Source: Lama glama
Taxonomy: Eukaryota
Assembly (NCBI GenBank): GCA_028534125.1
Contig: CM052816.1
Coordinates: forward strand, 44,270,001-44,333,947
Length of the DNA: 63,947 bases
Reading direction: 5' to 3'
Shown here: positions 13,660 to 27,500 of the stretch, in pieces
Position numbering within the stretch: position 1 is the stretch's first letter
How the letters are laid out: each line of letters opens with the position of its first letter
Notes under the pieces: generated by a model
The model's input: only the letters and a program-made list of their open reading frames with translations
The model's database searches: none
Told to the model about the DNA's origin: nothing
Position numbers and translations under genes: made by a program

Positions 13660-14569
13660 TTCCATTAATTATAATATTTTTAAAGATGACTTTCTTGGAT
13701 TTTCTAAGCAGATAATCTTATAGTCTGTAACAATGAGAATCACCTCATTCTGAGTATTATATATTCTTTAACCTCTCTTACTGCATAGGCTAACCCCTTT
13801 CAACAATCTCAAAGAGTAACTTGGAAGCAGAGAGCCCTATCTTGTTACTGCCTTGAATGGTGATTCTTAACAATGCATCTAATTCAAATGCTACATGAGA
13901 GTTGTCTGTTGCACAGCTTATAAACGAAGGAAATTTTCTTTTTATTCCTAGTATACTATGAGTTTTTTTTTTTTATGAAGAGTAAGTGTTGAGTTTTCTC
14001 AGCTTTCGCAAGATTCATCGAGGTGATCATAACTGTTTTTTAATGTGTTTAGGTGAGTTAATTATATTAGTAAATTTTCTTATATTAAACTGAGGTTAAT
14101 CCTATTGTAATGGTTATAATGCATTATTCTTTGACTAATATTTTTATAAGTGACAGTATCATTTTAATAACACTGTATTTTATTGGATACTCTCGTATTG
14201 AGAGTTTCACATATATTTTTGTAAACTAGCTTTTCTTGAGTATTATCCTTGGCCAGCTTTTAAATTAGTATTATGAGAGCTAAATAACTCCCTCACCCTT
14301 CCTCTCCCTCTCCCTCAGTTTCCCTTGTCCTTCTTCCGCTCTGTCTCTCCAGCCCCCTCCTTTCTCGCCACACTAGAACATTTATTTAATGAAGAATTAT
14401 TTGTTCATTGCCATTTGGGTTAGAATGGAACTATTGGCCTTGGTGTCGTTGACAAGAAAACAAGTGTGTTCCATAAAATGTCATCTGCAGAGCTGGTCTA
14501 CGAGGGATGTGTATTTTCTGAGGAAATAATTTCATTTGTTCAAACATACTTGCATAGAATTATATGTAG

Positions 14570-14605
<36 letters not shown>

Positions 14606-15130
14606 ATACTAATCACAGACTTTTTGAAATCTCTGGACCTATACTTACGTACAAAAAAGTTTTTAATATAAATTTTTGCCTCCTCTCTTACATAAACCAA
14701 CTGGTCAGACTTTTCAAAGTTTTGTTTTGTTTACTAGTCTTTTCAGAAAGCAGTGTTTGGTTTTTTTAATTGTAATTCGGATTGTGTTTCTAATTTATTT
14801 GAGATTTTTGTTTTGTTGTAGATTTGCTAATAGAAAATTTAGTTTATTTAAAAAGGACTTTGTAGGTTCTAAATATTTTTAAAAATTATATATTTTCCTT
14901 ATGCCCAGTTTTGGTCGGACATGACAGATTTTGATTCCTAATGTTCTCAGTGACAGTTATTTCCCAGTAGTTTGTAATTGCAGTTTTATTTTTTTGTCTC
15001 ATTGAGAAATAATTTATTTTTCTTAATGGGAAATATTTATAGAGGCAGAAATCTAAGATTTTTGTTAATTACTGTTTTTGTTATATTTATTCTTTGACTA
15101 TGACTAGTTCATCTCTCTTTTTGGAATCTA
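13660..15130 (-). mobile_element. Highly decayed L1 ORF2 fragments (L1M5/L1ME-like)
   Basis: cttggattttctaagcagataatc, ggaaattttctttttattcctag and similar antisense ORF2 motifs; boundaries uncertain. Confidence 0.5.
14571..14602. repeat. (TG)16 microsatellite
   Basis: Perfect TG run. Confidence 0.95.
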
Positions 15131-15274
15131 TCAATGGTTCCATAATCATCTACAGAAGTTGAAATGTGTGAAATTTCAACATATTTGGAAATTACACATA
15201 GACGTGAAAGTCTCTCCTACTCTCCTACTGTATGAGAGAAAGAGAGGGAGAAAGAGAGAGAAAGAAGGACACTC

Positions 15275-16002
15275 ACTCTCCTACTCTCCTACTCTCCTAC
15301 TCTCCTACTCTCCTACTCTCCTACTCTCCTACTCTCCTACTCTCCTACTCTCCTACTCTCCTACTCTCCTACTCTCCTACTCTCCTACTNNNNNNNNNNN
15401 NNNNNNNNNNNNNNNNNNNNNNNNNNNNNNNNNNNNNNNNNNNNNNNNNNNNNNNNNNNNNNNNNNNNNNNNNNNNNNNNNNNNNNNNNNNNNNNNNNNN
15501 NNNNNNNNNNNNNNNNNNNNNNNNNNNNNNNNNNNNNNNNNNNNNNNNNNNNNNNNNNNNNNNNNNNNNNNNNNNNNNNNNNNNNNNNNNNNNNNNNNNN
15601 NNNNNNNNNNNNNNNNNNNNNNNNNNNNNNNNNNNNNNNNNNNNNNNNNNNNNNNNNNNNNNNNNNNNNNNNNNNNNNNNNNNNNNNNNNNNNNNNNNNN
15701 NNNNNNNNNNNNNNNNNNNNNNNNNNNNNNNNNNNNNNNNNNNNNNNNNNNNNNNNNNNNNNNNNNNNNNNNNNNNNNNNNNNNNNNNNNNNNNNNNNNN
15801 NNNNNNNNNNNNNNNNNNNNNNNNNNNNNNNNNNNNNNNNNNNNNNNNNNNNNNNNNNNNNNNNNNNNNNNNNNNNNNNNNNNNNNNNNTCCTACTCTCC
15901 TACTCTCCTACTCTCCTACTCTCCTACTCTCCTACTCTCCTACTCTCCTACTCTCCTACTCTCCTACTCTCCTACTCTCCTACTCTCCTACTCTCCTACT
16001 CT
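15275..16002. repeat. (ACTCTCCT)n 8-mer tandem array spanning an assembly gap
   Basis: About 14 perfect units on each side of the gap; a short seed of the same unit at 15212-15229. Confidence 0.9.
15390..15889. other. Assembly gap, 500 N
   Basis: Run of N. Confidence 1.
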
Positions 16003-16010
16003 CTCCATCC

Positions 16011-16075
16011 CTGCCTGGAATCGAACCTACAACCTCCTGCATGCTAGCCCTACTCCCTACCACTCACCTACAGCC
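16011..16075 (-). mobile_element. Degenerate tRNA(Ala)-derived SINE head or tRNA pseudogene
   Basis: Minus strand ggctgtaggtgagtggtagggagtagggctagcatgcaggaggttgtaggttcgattccaggca is colinear with tRNA-Ala(AGC)-type sequence; A-box-like TAGGTGAGTGG and B box GTTCGATTC. Confidence 0.65.
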
Positions 16076-17584
16076 TATTTCTACCTGCCTTAGTTTCCCC
16101 AGACTGACCTTTATTTCCTTAACTCACAGAGTATATATGCAGCAAACCTGCTCTCAGATTCCTTAAAAAAAAAATCACTATCCATCTTTCTATACATGTA
16201 CTCACATTCCTCCATACCTTCTAGGTTGCTACCTGTGTTTATGGAATTTCTTAAAAGGTCTGAATCAGAAGTCTGACTTTCAGGACTTCATTGATAGATT
16301 CTCATTGATTCTTAGGATCAAGTCTTACAACTCATTCATCATTGGCTTAATCACAGTGATCTCAGGTGAAAGAATGATAGGTAATTGCATACCAATTGTA
16401 AGAATGGAAGAACCACTTGTTAGGTTTTCAGGCTGTAAATCAGCCTTTGGGGGAAGAGGTGTGACGGATGGTAAAACACTATTTTACCTCTTGCCCCTTG
16501 ACTGTAACCATTATCTCTATTGATAAACTTAATGCAACTCTTTACAAAAAAAAAAAACCAACTTCATTTCAATCACGTCCTTCAAAGAGGTCACTTTTCG
16601 GTGTCACTAAAACCTGGCTCAAGGAAATCCATGACTTTCAATCCATGGCTATCACTCTGACACAACTTCATTGCACTGCTTAAGGTAGAGGAATAATAAA
16701 AATCAGGCCCAGCAGACACTAGTCAGTCTAGCTAAAGTCAAATCATGTTTTTTCTGTATGTTTACAATTTTGGCAAAAATTTCACCCTACATAAATTGGA
16801 CATATGATAATAACACATCCATTATAAGTGAAGCCTTTCAAGTGTTAACTCATTACTAGCTTTTCAACTCTCCAGATTTCCTACAGTGTAGCACTCTGAC
16901 TGCACTTGTCTACAAACAATCTGCTCCACCAAAACAAATCTACCTTGCAAACACACCGTATACTTTTCTCCCTGATGGCTTTTAACATTTTGCCTTTACA
17001 TTTAAACTCTGAGCAGATTTTTTTATCAACAGGAACAGACAAAGGAGATAGTAAAATAAGACCAACAAGGTACTGAGGAAAGAACTAACACTGCAGGTTT
17101 TGTGTTCTCCTTAAACTATCATTTAAGAGTGAGGATACAGGAATTCTGGGAAAATGGAAGATAGCTGTGGTTTTTCTCCCCTTTGCATTATGTTCAGATT
17201 TGTTCAATTCTGTTCTAGCTGAAAGCTTGACAATCCAATGAAATTTTTTCTCATATACAATCTCAGTATAAAATTATAGGAAAATAATTTTATAGAGCAT
17301 GGCAATAATACCTTGTATAGTCTGAAGTTCAGAGTTCATTATCTGTAACATTATCAGTACATCATCTCACACTGTATTAACATTGGAATATGGTACACTC
17401 ACAGAATCCCAAGATCCTGAAGCCCCTTAAAATCGAGTTATGAAAGAATTTTTTACAAATAAATTTCAATAATCTGTGCGATACCTTTAGTCACAGTGAT
17501 AGCGTTTGAGAATCCTTATTAACAAAAACTGTCGGGAAAAAATAAACAACCTATGCCAAAATGGTATGAAACAAACATGCCACT

Positions 17585-20500
17585 TAGTCGTGGTGAATGA
17601 TCCTTTTAATGTGTGGAATTTGGTTTGCTGATATTTTATGCAAAATTTCTGCATCTGTATTTCCGTGATCTGTACTTTTTCTTTCCTGGCAGTGTTTTTT
17701 TATTTATTTATTTAGTCTTTGGCATTACGGTGATACTGGCCTCATAAAATAACTTTGGAAATGTCCCCTCCTCTTTAATTTTTTGGAAGACTTCGAGAAG
17801 CATTGATATCAATTCTTCGGTACAATTCACTAGTTAAACAATCCAGTCCTGGGCTTTTTTCATTAGAAGGTTTCTGATTACTAACTCAATTTTATTACTA
17901 CAATTGGTATAATCATACTTTCTATTTTCTCCTGATTCAGTCCTGCAATTTTTTGTTTCTAAGAGTTGACTTCCTCTAAGTTATCTAGCTTGCTGGTGTA
18001 CAGCTGTTCATAGCAGCCTCTTATACCTCTTTTTATATCTGAATTATCCATTGCAATGTCTCCTTTTTCATTTATAACATGTTGACTTGGGTCATCTTTT
18101 TTTTTTCCCCCTTGCTTATCCTAGCTATAGATTTGTCAGCTTTGTTCATCTTTTCAGAGAATCTACACTTATTTTCGTTAATCTTTTCTATTGTTTTCCT
18201 GTTCTCTTTTATTTATTTCTGCTCTAATCTCTTATCATTTCCTTCCTTCTGCTAACTTTAGACTCAGTTTAGTATGCTTTTTCTCGAGATATAGAGTTAG
18301 ATTGTTTATTTGGGATTTTCTAATTGCTTAATATAGATGTTTATCACTGTGAACTTTTTAAAACTGCTTTTGCTGCATCTCATAAATTTTGGCATGTTTG
18401 TTTCAAGACACTTTTTATCCCTCTTTAATTTCTTCTTTGATCCGTTGGTTACTCAGGAGAATATTGTTTAATTTCCATGTAGAGTCAGTCCTGTCCATTT
18501 ATGGGTTTTGCATCTGCAGACATGGAGAGGCAACTGTATTTATGGTAATACTCTATTTTATATAAAGGATTTAAGCATCCTCAGATGTGGCATCCACAGG
18601 GACTCCTTGAAACAATCCAGAGTGATGACTGTACTTGTGGATTTTCCAGTTTTTCTCCTGTTACTGCTTTATAGTTTCATACCATTTTCATCAGAGAATG
18701 TATCTGGTATGATCTAAATCTTCTTGAATTTGCTAAGACTTGTTTTGTGATCTAACATACATGATTTATCATAGGAAATGCTCCACATGCACTTGAGAAG
18801 ACTGTGTATTTTGTTCTTGGATATTCTGTCCATGTCTCTATTAGGTCTGTTTGGTCGGTATTGTTCAAATCTGCTATTTGCCTTATTCAGTCTGTCTGGA
18901 TAATCTAGCCATTGTTGGAAGTGAAGTATCAAATCCCCAACTATTAGTGCATTACTGTTTATTTCTCTTAGTTTTTGCTTTATGTATGTAGGTGCTGCAA
19001 TGATGGGTGCATAAATATTTATAGTTGTCATATCTTCTTGACAGGTTGACCCCTTATCATTGTGTAATGAATTCTTTGTCTCCTTTTACTGTTTTTACTT
19101 TAAAGTCTGTTTTGTCTGACATAAATATAGCTACTCCTGCTTCTTTTGGTTACCATTTGCTTGAAATATATTTTTTCCTCCCTTTACTCTCAGTCTATAT
19201 GTGCCATTAAAGTTCTAGTGAGCTGCCTGTACATAGCATATGGTTGGATCTAGTTTTTTAATCCATTCTTTGTCTTTTAATTGGATAATTTATTTATATA
19301 TTTAAAGTAATTAAGGACTTACTATTGCCATTTTGTTAATTGTTTTCTGGTTGTTTGGTAGATCCACTTTTTTCTTTTATTTCTTTTCCTGCTGTCTGTT
19401 TTTGTGTGCTTTGATATCTTGTGGTATCAGTATGCTTTGATATTTAGCATGTTCTTTTGTGTAATTACTACAGGATTTCCCCTTGTGGTTACCATGAGGA
19501 TTACATAAAATATCTTAAAATTATAACTCCCTAGGTTAAACTAATCACAACTTCACTTCAAAAAAATTCCAGAGCTTTACACTTTTACTTGTCCTCACCT
19601 TTTAGATTATTGATGTTACAATTTACATATTTTTAATTTTTGTAATTCACAACAGATTTTTATAGTTATCCTTATTTTTCCTACATTTGTTTTTAACTTT
19701 TAAACTGGAGTTTTAACTGAATTACACATGACCATTACCAGTGAGTTTTACACTGCCTTCTCATGTTTCTAAGTTATTAAGCATCCTTTTAGTTCCACTC
19801 AGAAACACCCTTTAACATTTCTTACAAGGCAAGTCTAGTGGTAATGAATTACCTCAGCTTTTGTTTGTTTGCTTGGCAAAGTCTTTATCCCTTGTTTTTC
19901 CTGAAGGGCAGCTTTATCAGGTATAGTATTTTTGGTTGACAGATGTTTTTCTTTCAATATTTTGAATATGTCATCTCATTCTGTTCTAGTCTGAAAAGTT
20001 TCTGTTGAAAAAGCCTCTGATAGTCTCAGTGTGTTCACTTGTATGTAACTTTTCTCTTTTCTTGATGCCTTTAATATTCTTTGTCTTTGACTTTTGAGAC
20101 TTCAGTTATAATGTGTCTTGGTGTAGCCCTATTTGGGTTATTTTGGGTCTCTTGGATTTGAATGTCTATTTCTCTCCCTGAGTTTGGGAGTTTTCAGCCA
20201 TTGTTGCTTTAAATCTGCTTTCTGTCGCTTTCTCTTTCTGGAGTTTCCATAATGTGAGTATTGTTTCATTGCGTCCCTCTGACAGGTCACTGATTCTTCT
20301 GCTTTTGAAGCTCTCCATTGAATTCTACAGTTAATTTTCTGTACTTATTCAGCTCTAGCAGTTCTAGTTTTTTATGATTTCTCTTTGTTGAACATTTTTC
20401 ATTTAGTTCATGCACTGTTTTCCCAGTGTTGTTATGTGTCTCTGTGTTGTTGTGGCTCACTAACCTTCACAATGATTCTTCTGAAATTTTGTATTACAGC

Positions 20501-21950
20501 TCATATGTTTACATTTCTTTAGAATCACTTTTTAGGCCTTTTGGTTTCTGGCAGTATTACATTTACCTGATTTTTTGATGATTTTGAATCCGTATGTGGG
20601 TATCTGCACATTGGAGCAAGTGGTCTCCTTTTCCAAATTTTGTAGATGCACTGTCAGAGTGGTTTCTTCACTGTCAGCTCATTTTGGATTTCTGGATGTG
20701 TCTGCTGGTAACATTCTTGGGAAGGGTCTATTTTGGGGCAAGGCAAACTGTTCAAGCTCCAGAGTCAGTTGGGAGTGAGGAAAGTGTGTCACTGGCTTGT
20801 TTCTCTGCCCAAGTGAGGCTGGAGCATGGGGTTCCCAGTTGTCTGGATTCTCTAGTAAGGCCTACTAGACGATCAAGACTGGGTATGACACTCAGCCCTA
20901 GGTGGGGCTACGAGTTAACTCCCCTGCCCTGGTAAGGCAGTAGTAGAGGGCCTAGGGCTTCCCTGGCTTATTGGGGACCTGAGTCAAGCAAGAATGTACA
21001 TTGAATATCCAGGTGAGGCCAGTGGTTTGGCTCTGCAGACAGAAAAAGCCACGGGCTGTGTTCTTTGTTCAAGTGCCACTTTACACAGGGGTGTCGGATG
21101 GGTTATACAGCTTCTCATGTGCTCTGGTGTTTCCCAGAGGCTCTATTCAGCAGTAAGTTTGTCTACAAAGGAGTTTCCTTCCCTGGACACAATGAGTGAA
21201 ACAGCTCCAAGTCCCCCAATGCTCTTTCTCCATGGTCTTGACGCAGTCGGACCCCTGCCCCTAGTTCCTCTCCAAACAGAACCACTGGCTTTGCTCTGGG
21301 GGTGATCAGCTCTTCCTACCTCTTCTCTTGAGAGTTACTGGGTTATGCAGTTTTCAGGTGTTCTTGCCCACCTTTACTGTCTGGGGGGCTGGGGTCATCC
21401 TCTCCTGTAGGTCAAGCTATGACTGGCTTCCTTCTAGGTACAACTGGGAGGGCCCACTTGAGTAACTCCCAAATGTTCTGGTCACAGGGGGCCAGGAGCC
21501 AAGATTTATAGAAGGCAGGGCTATGACTCAGCTCTTTCACAGCCCTAGAGCCTGGTCTGCCCACGTGACCGGGCAGAGCTCCTTGTTTGGGAGCCCAAAG
21601 TAAGCAGACCTGAACGCCACTGACTTCTGGGTCAGCCTGCATCTCCATCTTGGTTCTGTAGATGAGTTAAGCTGTCGGTTGGGATTACTCTCTGGGCTTT
21701 GGAATGGGAACTTGGTCAGTAAGGATCTGAGTGCTGGCTGTTGGGAGCCACTCTCCTCTTCTCTACCACAATCAGATTTCTAGGGATTGAGCCTTGCAAG
21801 TTCTCCTGCAGCTTCCATGGAGCAGATCCAGAGTAGGGGCTTCCATGAAGTGACCCTAGAACCACAGCCTCAGGGAGAGACAACACAGTCAGTATGTGCC
21901 ACTTCTCTTATCTTCTAATGCAGTCTGTCTTGGTTTCTGTGCTGCAAAGC
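17585..21950 (-). mobile_element. Old L1, 5' half (5'UTR, ORF1, start of ORF2) with internal deletions
   Basis: Endonuclease-domain peptide in ORF 18714..19031 (TTINIYAP...LDHKTSLSKFKKI); antisense ORF1 motifs at ~19790-20500; GC-richer 5'UTR at ~20600-21950. Confidence 0.85.
18482..18631. mobile_element. MER2-like Tigger MITE nested in the L1
   Basis: ta|gagtc...gatgactg|ta; internal ttttatataaaggatttaagcatcctcagat; removing it restores L1 text tttaatttccatgta-cttgtggattttcc. Confidence 0.8.
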
Positions 21951-21969
21951 TCTCCTCCAAAGAGGTAAC

Positions 21970-22200
21970 TCAGACATTGAAACTAACTCCATACTGTGGC
22001 CATACTTATGTGGCTGCAAAGTCACTTCAGTTTTATCTATGTGGCTGAAATGAGGAGACCTCAAAAGAGGACCACATCAGCCCAGAAGTGATGTCTATCA
22101 ATTCAACTCACATTACGTTGGTCAAAACTAATTACATGACTACTTACAGAAGCACAGTCTGGGAAATGTCCCTGGTTTAGTGAGTAAGCATGAATCAGCT
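21970..22200 (-). mobile_element. MLT1 (MaLR) LTR relic
   Basis: gcccagaagtga...cacattacgttggtcaaaactaattacatga...ctgggaaatgt resembles reverse MLT1J/K. Confidence 0.6.
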
Positions 22201-24279
22201 GGTGGGAGTCAGCTGACCACAACCATCACAACTCAGCACCTCCTTTTTCTGAGTCTTAGTTTTCCTAGTGATGGAATTACAATATGGGGTTGGGCAGTCA
22301 CAAAAGTAAAACACTATTTTGTTTAAGTAGGATAGTTTACAATTTACTCCACTTTTGCATTATTTTTCTTTTATCTTCTAATTTCTTCTTTTTTTCCAGT
22401 TCCTTTCTTTCCGTATATTCATGGAAGCTAATTATCTTAATCCATTCACAAATATCAGAAGGCAGGCGTGAGTGTTACCGTATTACAACTGAACATACCT
22501 ATCTCAGTAGAATCTAAAAGACTTCAGGTTATTTTTGAGTCAAGTAGGTTTATCTTTAAAAACGTGTTTTAATTAGCTATAACAAGGACTAACACTTACT
22601 GGGAAATTATTTATAGATAGCAGAGTGAATCTAAAGACCTTTAATTCAAACCAGGGAAATGACCACCTGACCCCAAAGGTGGACCCTAATTAAAATGCTC
22701 ACCTTCCAGCTAGAAAATGGTATCAATAAAGATACTTATGAGTAACATACATTATGCAGTGTGGGGGCAATTTATTTCAGCAAAAGTAATCTAAGGTATT
22801 TAAATAGTAAGCTATTTGGAAGGAAGCTAATCAGTCCTGGCTAGTTAGAAATTTTAAATCAAAACCTTAAAAAATCTGACTCCCCAGATAATATGTCCCT
22901 CAAAAAATCAAGGTAACAGTAACTAAGTCAATTTGTGGACATACTTCTTTTTGTGGTAATTAATTACAGTATTTTTCTAAACACAAAACAAAAATCGACA
23001 TGACAAAGCTTCAAGAAAAATCAGCTTCAACAACTGTTAATTCCTTAGACTGAGATTCCAGAAATAGAATTCACTGCACAAGCACATAAACCACCCACTC
23101 AGAGGTGAACCATGCCAAAGAGAATGAAGACAGATTTAAGCAGGGATCACAACAATAAATGAAAATCGTATGTGGTACTGAGATCTAAAAGGTCTTAACA
23201 GTTCTACACGCAGCATCTGTAGCATGAAGGGACACAATTATTTACATATAAACGGTCTGCTTACATACAACGATCACATAAGTAAATGTCTACATTATGC
23301 TGCAAGTGTCATGCAAGAAATACAACTGTCTGATTGATATGCAGAATGTTTGCCAGGATGGTGACAGCCAAAGTAAGTTCAAAGTCACAGGAAATGTTGT
23401 CATCAGCCTAGTGTAAAAATGTACAATTACTTGCTATTCTCTTTCTGTTTAAAGGTGACTACTACTGTCTTTTCCCTAGGCTACTTGTTCACTGTAGCTT
23501 ATTATCATTACAAAGTATTACAATGGATTAGCTTTTCCATATTGTGTTCATCTTGGGAAGGGCATGTTTTAGACAGCTCACTGACAAGGTTTTTTTAAAA
23601 AAAAAAAGAAGACGAAAAAGCATTTATTCTTCCACTAAAAATTACCAGGCAGCTTGTTTTTGAGAATAAAAATCTCTAAATTGCATGCTTGCAATTTTCT
23701 CTTTCGTGATAATTTCATTTAATATAAAGAAACTAGCGCGAAGAAGTGAGCAATATCTAATTAATACCGTCTAATGCTCAACTAATGTCAAGCATGACTC
23801 CAATTTATAACTGAACTGTATTTTTACATTGAAAAATTCAATTACATTTACTGACAGACTTTGAAATGCCACATTATTTATACTGGCAAACTTTGCAGGC
23901 TTACAGTATATTTATTAACATTCTTTCCACAGAATAAAGCATATATACAATACAGATCACTGCATTCTTCATTTTTAATCTTTCAAAGTGATATGTGTAT
24001 CTAGCAGAGCAGCAAGGGGCTGCCTCAGCCTCAGAAACTCAAAAGACCAAATAGAGGCAGACATTAATATGTCCTTCCTTTTAATTCTCCGGGCAAAACA
24101 AGGTAACCTTGACATTTCACTATCCTCTCTGGCTCCTGCCTCCTTTTCCTCATTCTCTTTCTCTGGTGCCTCCCCCTCAGCCCCTCCCGGCTCCTGCAAG
24201 GTTACAGGGTACAGTACAACCACAGGGCCCTCCGTGCATACATCAACAGTTTGGAGCTGTGAAGAGGTTCCATTGCCAC

Positions 24280-24500
24280 ATTGGTGACTCAGTTGCAATG
24301 CGCCAATCATTTACTGAGATAGCTTGAGGACATGACAGTGACAGAGAGACATCTGTTGGGTAGGCAGCAGGAAAAAAAGGGGTTATTCACAGCTGGTGCA
24401 TTAGTCCTGCTAGCCACTAGGCCACCGCAGTGTCCCCGTCCTCCCAGTTTCCTTCCCCTTCTTTCTGCCTGCTCCCTGCTGTCAGCTGCCAAAAGATATC
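24280..24500. promoter_or_regulatory. Candidate enhancer/promoter motif cluster
   Basis: ATTGG (24280), TGACTCA (24285), GTTGCAAT (24292), CCAAT (24303), tandem TGACAG (24333, 24339) and two CAGCTG E-boxes in GC-richer sequence with no recognised repeat. Confidence 0.4.
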
Positions 24501-27500
24501 TGTTCTCACCCTTTGCTGAATGAAAAGGTGCTAATGCATGACTTCAGGATATGTCAGAACATACAGTACTTACAAGTGTTTGGAGATGCAGCCAACCTGA
24601 CCATGGGGAAAAGAAATGAGTAACTAAAGAATGATTTTCTTGAAAAGGAGAAGGGAAAGTAGTCAAGGGGCATTTCTTTTCTTTAACTGTATACTATCCG
24701 TGGGGTGATTGGGAGGGGATCTTACGTAGCTTTAAGCCACCTCTTCATTTCTCTCTCCCTTCACAAGATAGCTAATATCTTTTGCAATCCTGAATATTCG
24801 AAGAAAAAAATGCATTCTGCAAAGTCGTTTGGGTTATATTTCTGCAATCTGATCTTGGCGAATATACTAACGACCATAAAATGTGAACAATTCAAAATAG
24901 ATCACAGGGTTACTTTAGGAATATTAGTATATTTTGTTCTTTTCATATGCGAAGGAGGAAGAGAGAAAATTAGAAAGGGGATGAAATTGACATTCCACTT
25001 TTCCAATCACAGCTGTAATCAGATGCCTTATTGCTATATCTTTGTCAAATGTTTTTTCTCTTTTCAAACATTTGTACTCTATCTACTAATATAGAGAGGA
25101 TTCTCTATTCACTCACCTCTAAGAAAAAGGAATTCCCCTAGGAAATGGCAAAATCGGGACAATTCCTTGAATGTCCAGATTCCACACCCAAATCTCCAGA
25201 CTGATTTTTTTGAAGTCTGACAGTCCAGATGAGACTCTACGTTACAATGCTGAATCAATGTTATAGACAACAACTATGCTACTAAGGCAGCAGTATTTCA
25301 CACACACAAATTACAGATCTAGAATGCAAAACACAATGGAGAAAACATATGGAGCAAAAGTGAGAAGATTTTTATTGGGCAACAACGTCTGCCAAACATA
25401 GCACCACACAGGATTATCCTGGAAAGTCTATGCTCTCAAATTACTGATTTGTTTTTAACCATTCTCATATTTCTTAATTAGGGGGTCATCTGTAGATCTA
25501 GAATTTTCCCGAGGAGAAAGTAAAATTTGTTTCTTCAGAAATAACAATCCTTCCTTCCTGAAATCAAAGCAATTGTCTTAAAAGAGTTTAATCCACAGGT
25601 TTGACCCTTAAATAGAATTAGATTTTTCATGCACAGAATGTTAGATTTTATTTCTTTTTGTAAGTATAGCAAGGCCATCAAAATTATTCCATTTATTTTA
25701 TTTCCGTTTACTTATATTTCCAAGTTATTATTTTTATCTTATATTTTAACAGAAAAACCTAAATTGATCATAACTATGATAAATTATGCAAATATACACT
25801 TAAACTATAAAAAAGTTGATCATATAAGAGAATTTATTTAAAGAAAACAGTAAAATAGCTGTTTTAACAATCTGAATATAATAGGAAAGTACCAGCTAAA
25901 TGTTGTTCTTGTTAGAAATCCCTTAAAAATGCATTTTCCAAGAATCTTGCAACCTAAATAATTGAATTTAATTTTATCAAGTACTTTTTTTTTACTAATA
26001 AGATAATTTAAATTATATTAAACAAGTTCTTTCTAGAAAATTAAAGTTTCTTTAATCTGCAATAAATTCTAAAATACAGCTGATGGATGAAAAATTTAAA
26101 ATATTGACTTAAAATCAAACTATTTACATGTGGATAAATAAAAGCAATGTGAAGTTTCCTTTAGAGAAATAATAGTTAACATTTTTTTCTATATTTTAAA
26201 ATGTAAGTTGTTAGAGTAATAATTGCATTTTGCACACATAAAATTATAGCCTTATCTAAACACACAAATTATTTATAAATATGTAATATGAAACCTAACA
26301 TTAATGCTCTTAATTTTGTTTACTAAAATGAATACTTGAGTTTTAATACGTAGAAAGTATGTTTTAGTGTAATTATTGTCCTTCTAGTAACTACTTTAAC
26401 TTTTGGCTTATTTTGATGTAATAATTGAATTCTGTTAGTGAGGAATATTTTCTAGTGTTTTTTCCCCCCAGTTTAGCTTTGTACATAAAAATAATAAGAT
26501 CAGTGTGGAGAAATCCTAGTTTTCAAACATTTCAAAGTCAAAATGATTTCTTAAAATAAATACTACATAAACTTTGTATATATAATTTGCCTGTCTTTCC
26601 CCCCAAATGTGTTTTATTTCATCATATCTGATATACAAGAATATGAATTGTTTTTAGAAGACAATCATATGTAGTTTAAAATTACACCTGACCATGACTC
26701 ACTAGTATCAGAGAGATTGGTAAGTGATAACAAAATACTTTTCGATGATTGGTGTTTAACCACAACTCTGTAGTAAGATGACCTTCCCCCTCAAAAAAAG
26801 GAACATAATTAAGGCAATTACAAGAGATAAATTTATCCTGTTTCAAAAGCATAGAATAAAGGAAAAATAGATATTAATAGAGTCTCCTAGTTTCTTAACT
26901 TTCCATTTTTGCTGTGCCTATGTACACATTCTCTGGTTGTATCATTTGACTCAGGCTCAGAGGAAAGCTAAGACATGGGGAAAAAAAAGAATGAAATAAT
27001 TTCCTTATTACACTATTTCCTTATGTGTGATGAACAGTACCTCCAACCAACCTGACCACAAAGTATACACCCACATTTTGGCACCAAGAACTTCTATAAT
27101 GAAAGCAAATTCAAATTGCTTTCTTTTTTGTCATCTCCATATGAATGATGAAATTCTGCCCTGAGTGATTTCAAGCCTGTCTGTGCAACTTGGTTCTCTG
27201 TGTATGACAACTAAGTGACTAAGAATTCAGCATGCCTTCCTCCTCATTGAAGTCTAGGAGTGTCAGTTTAGAAAGGTTGTTTATTGTCTGGTAAATTAAT
27301 TTTCATTTTTTTTGCTTTTAGATTCCAGCTATACTGTTCTAGTTATTTTCTTCTATGGAACACCTTCCTTGTGCCTTGAATAGAGTAGGTTTTGAATACA
27401 TATTTCTCAGTTGGAACCCTAGGAACAGAGGCATTCCTTTACACTACTTAGTCTAATGTCAAATTTTTGTTTTTGTTGTTTTTAGTTTAAAAACTCAGCT

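Noticed and set aside
16011..16075. Functional tRNA gene
   Set aside because: Stems are broken by many substitutions; no intact cloverleaf.
15159..16166. 335-aa and 271-aa ORFs with SYSPTLLL repeats, superficially like the Pol II CTD heptad YSPTSPS
   Set aside because: They are translations of a perfect 8-bp DNA repeat plus 500 N; all frames give the same peptide and there is no synonymous variation.
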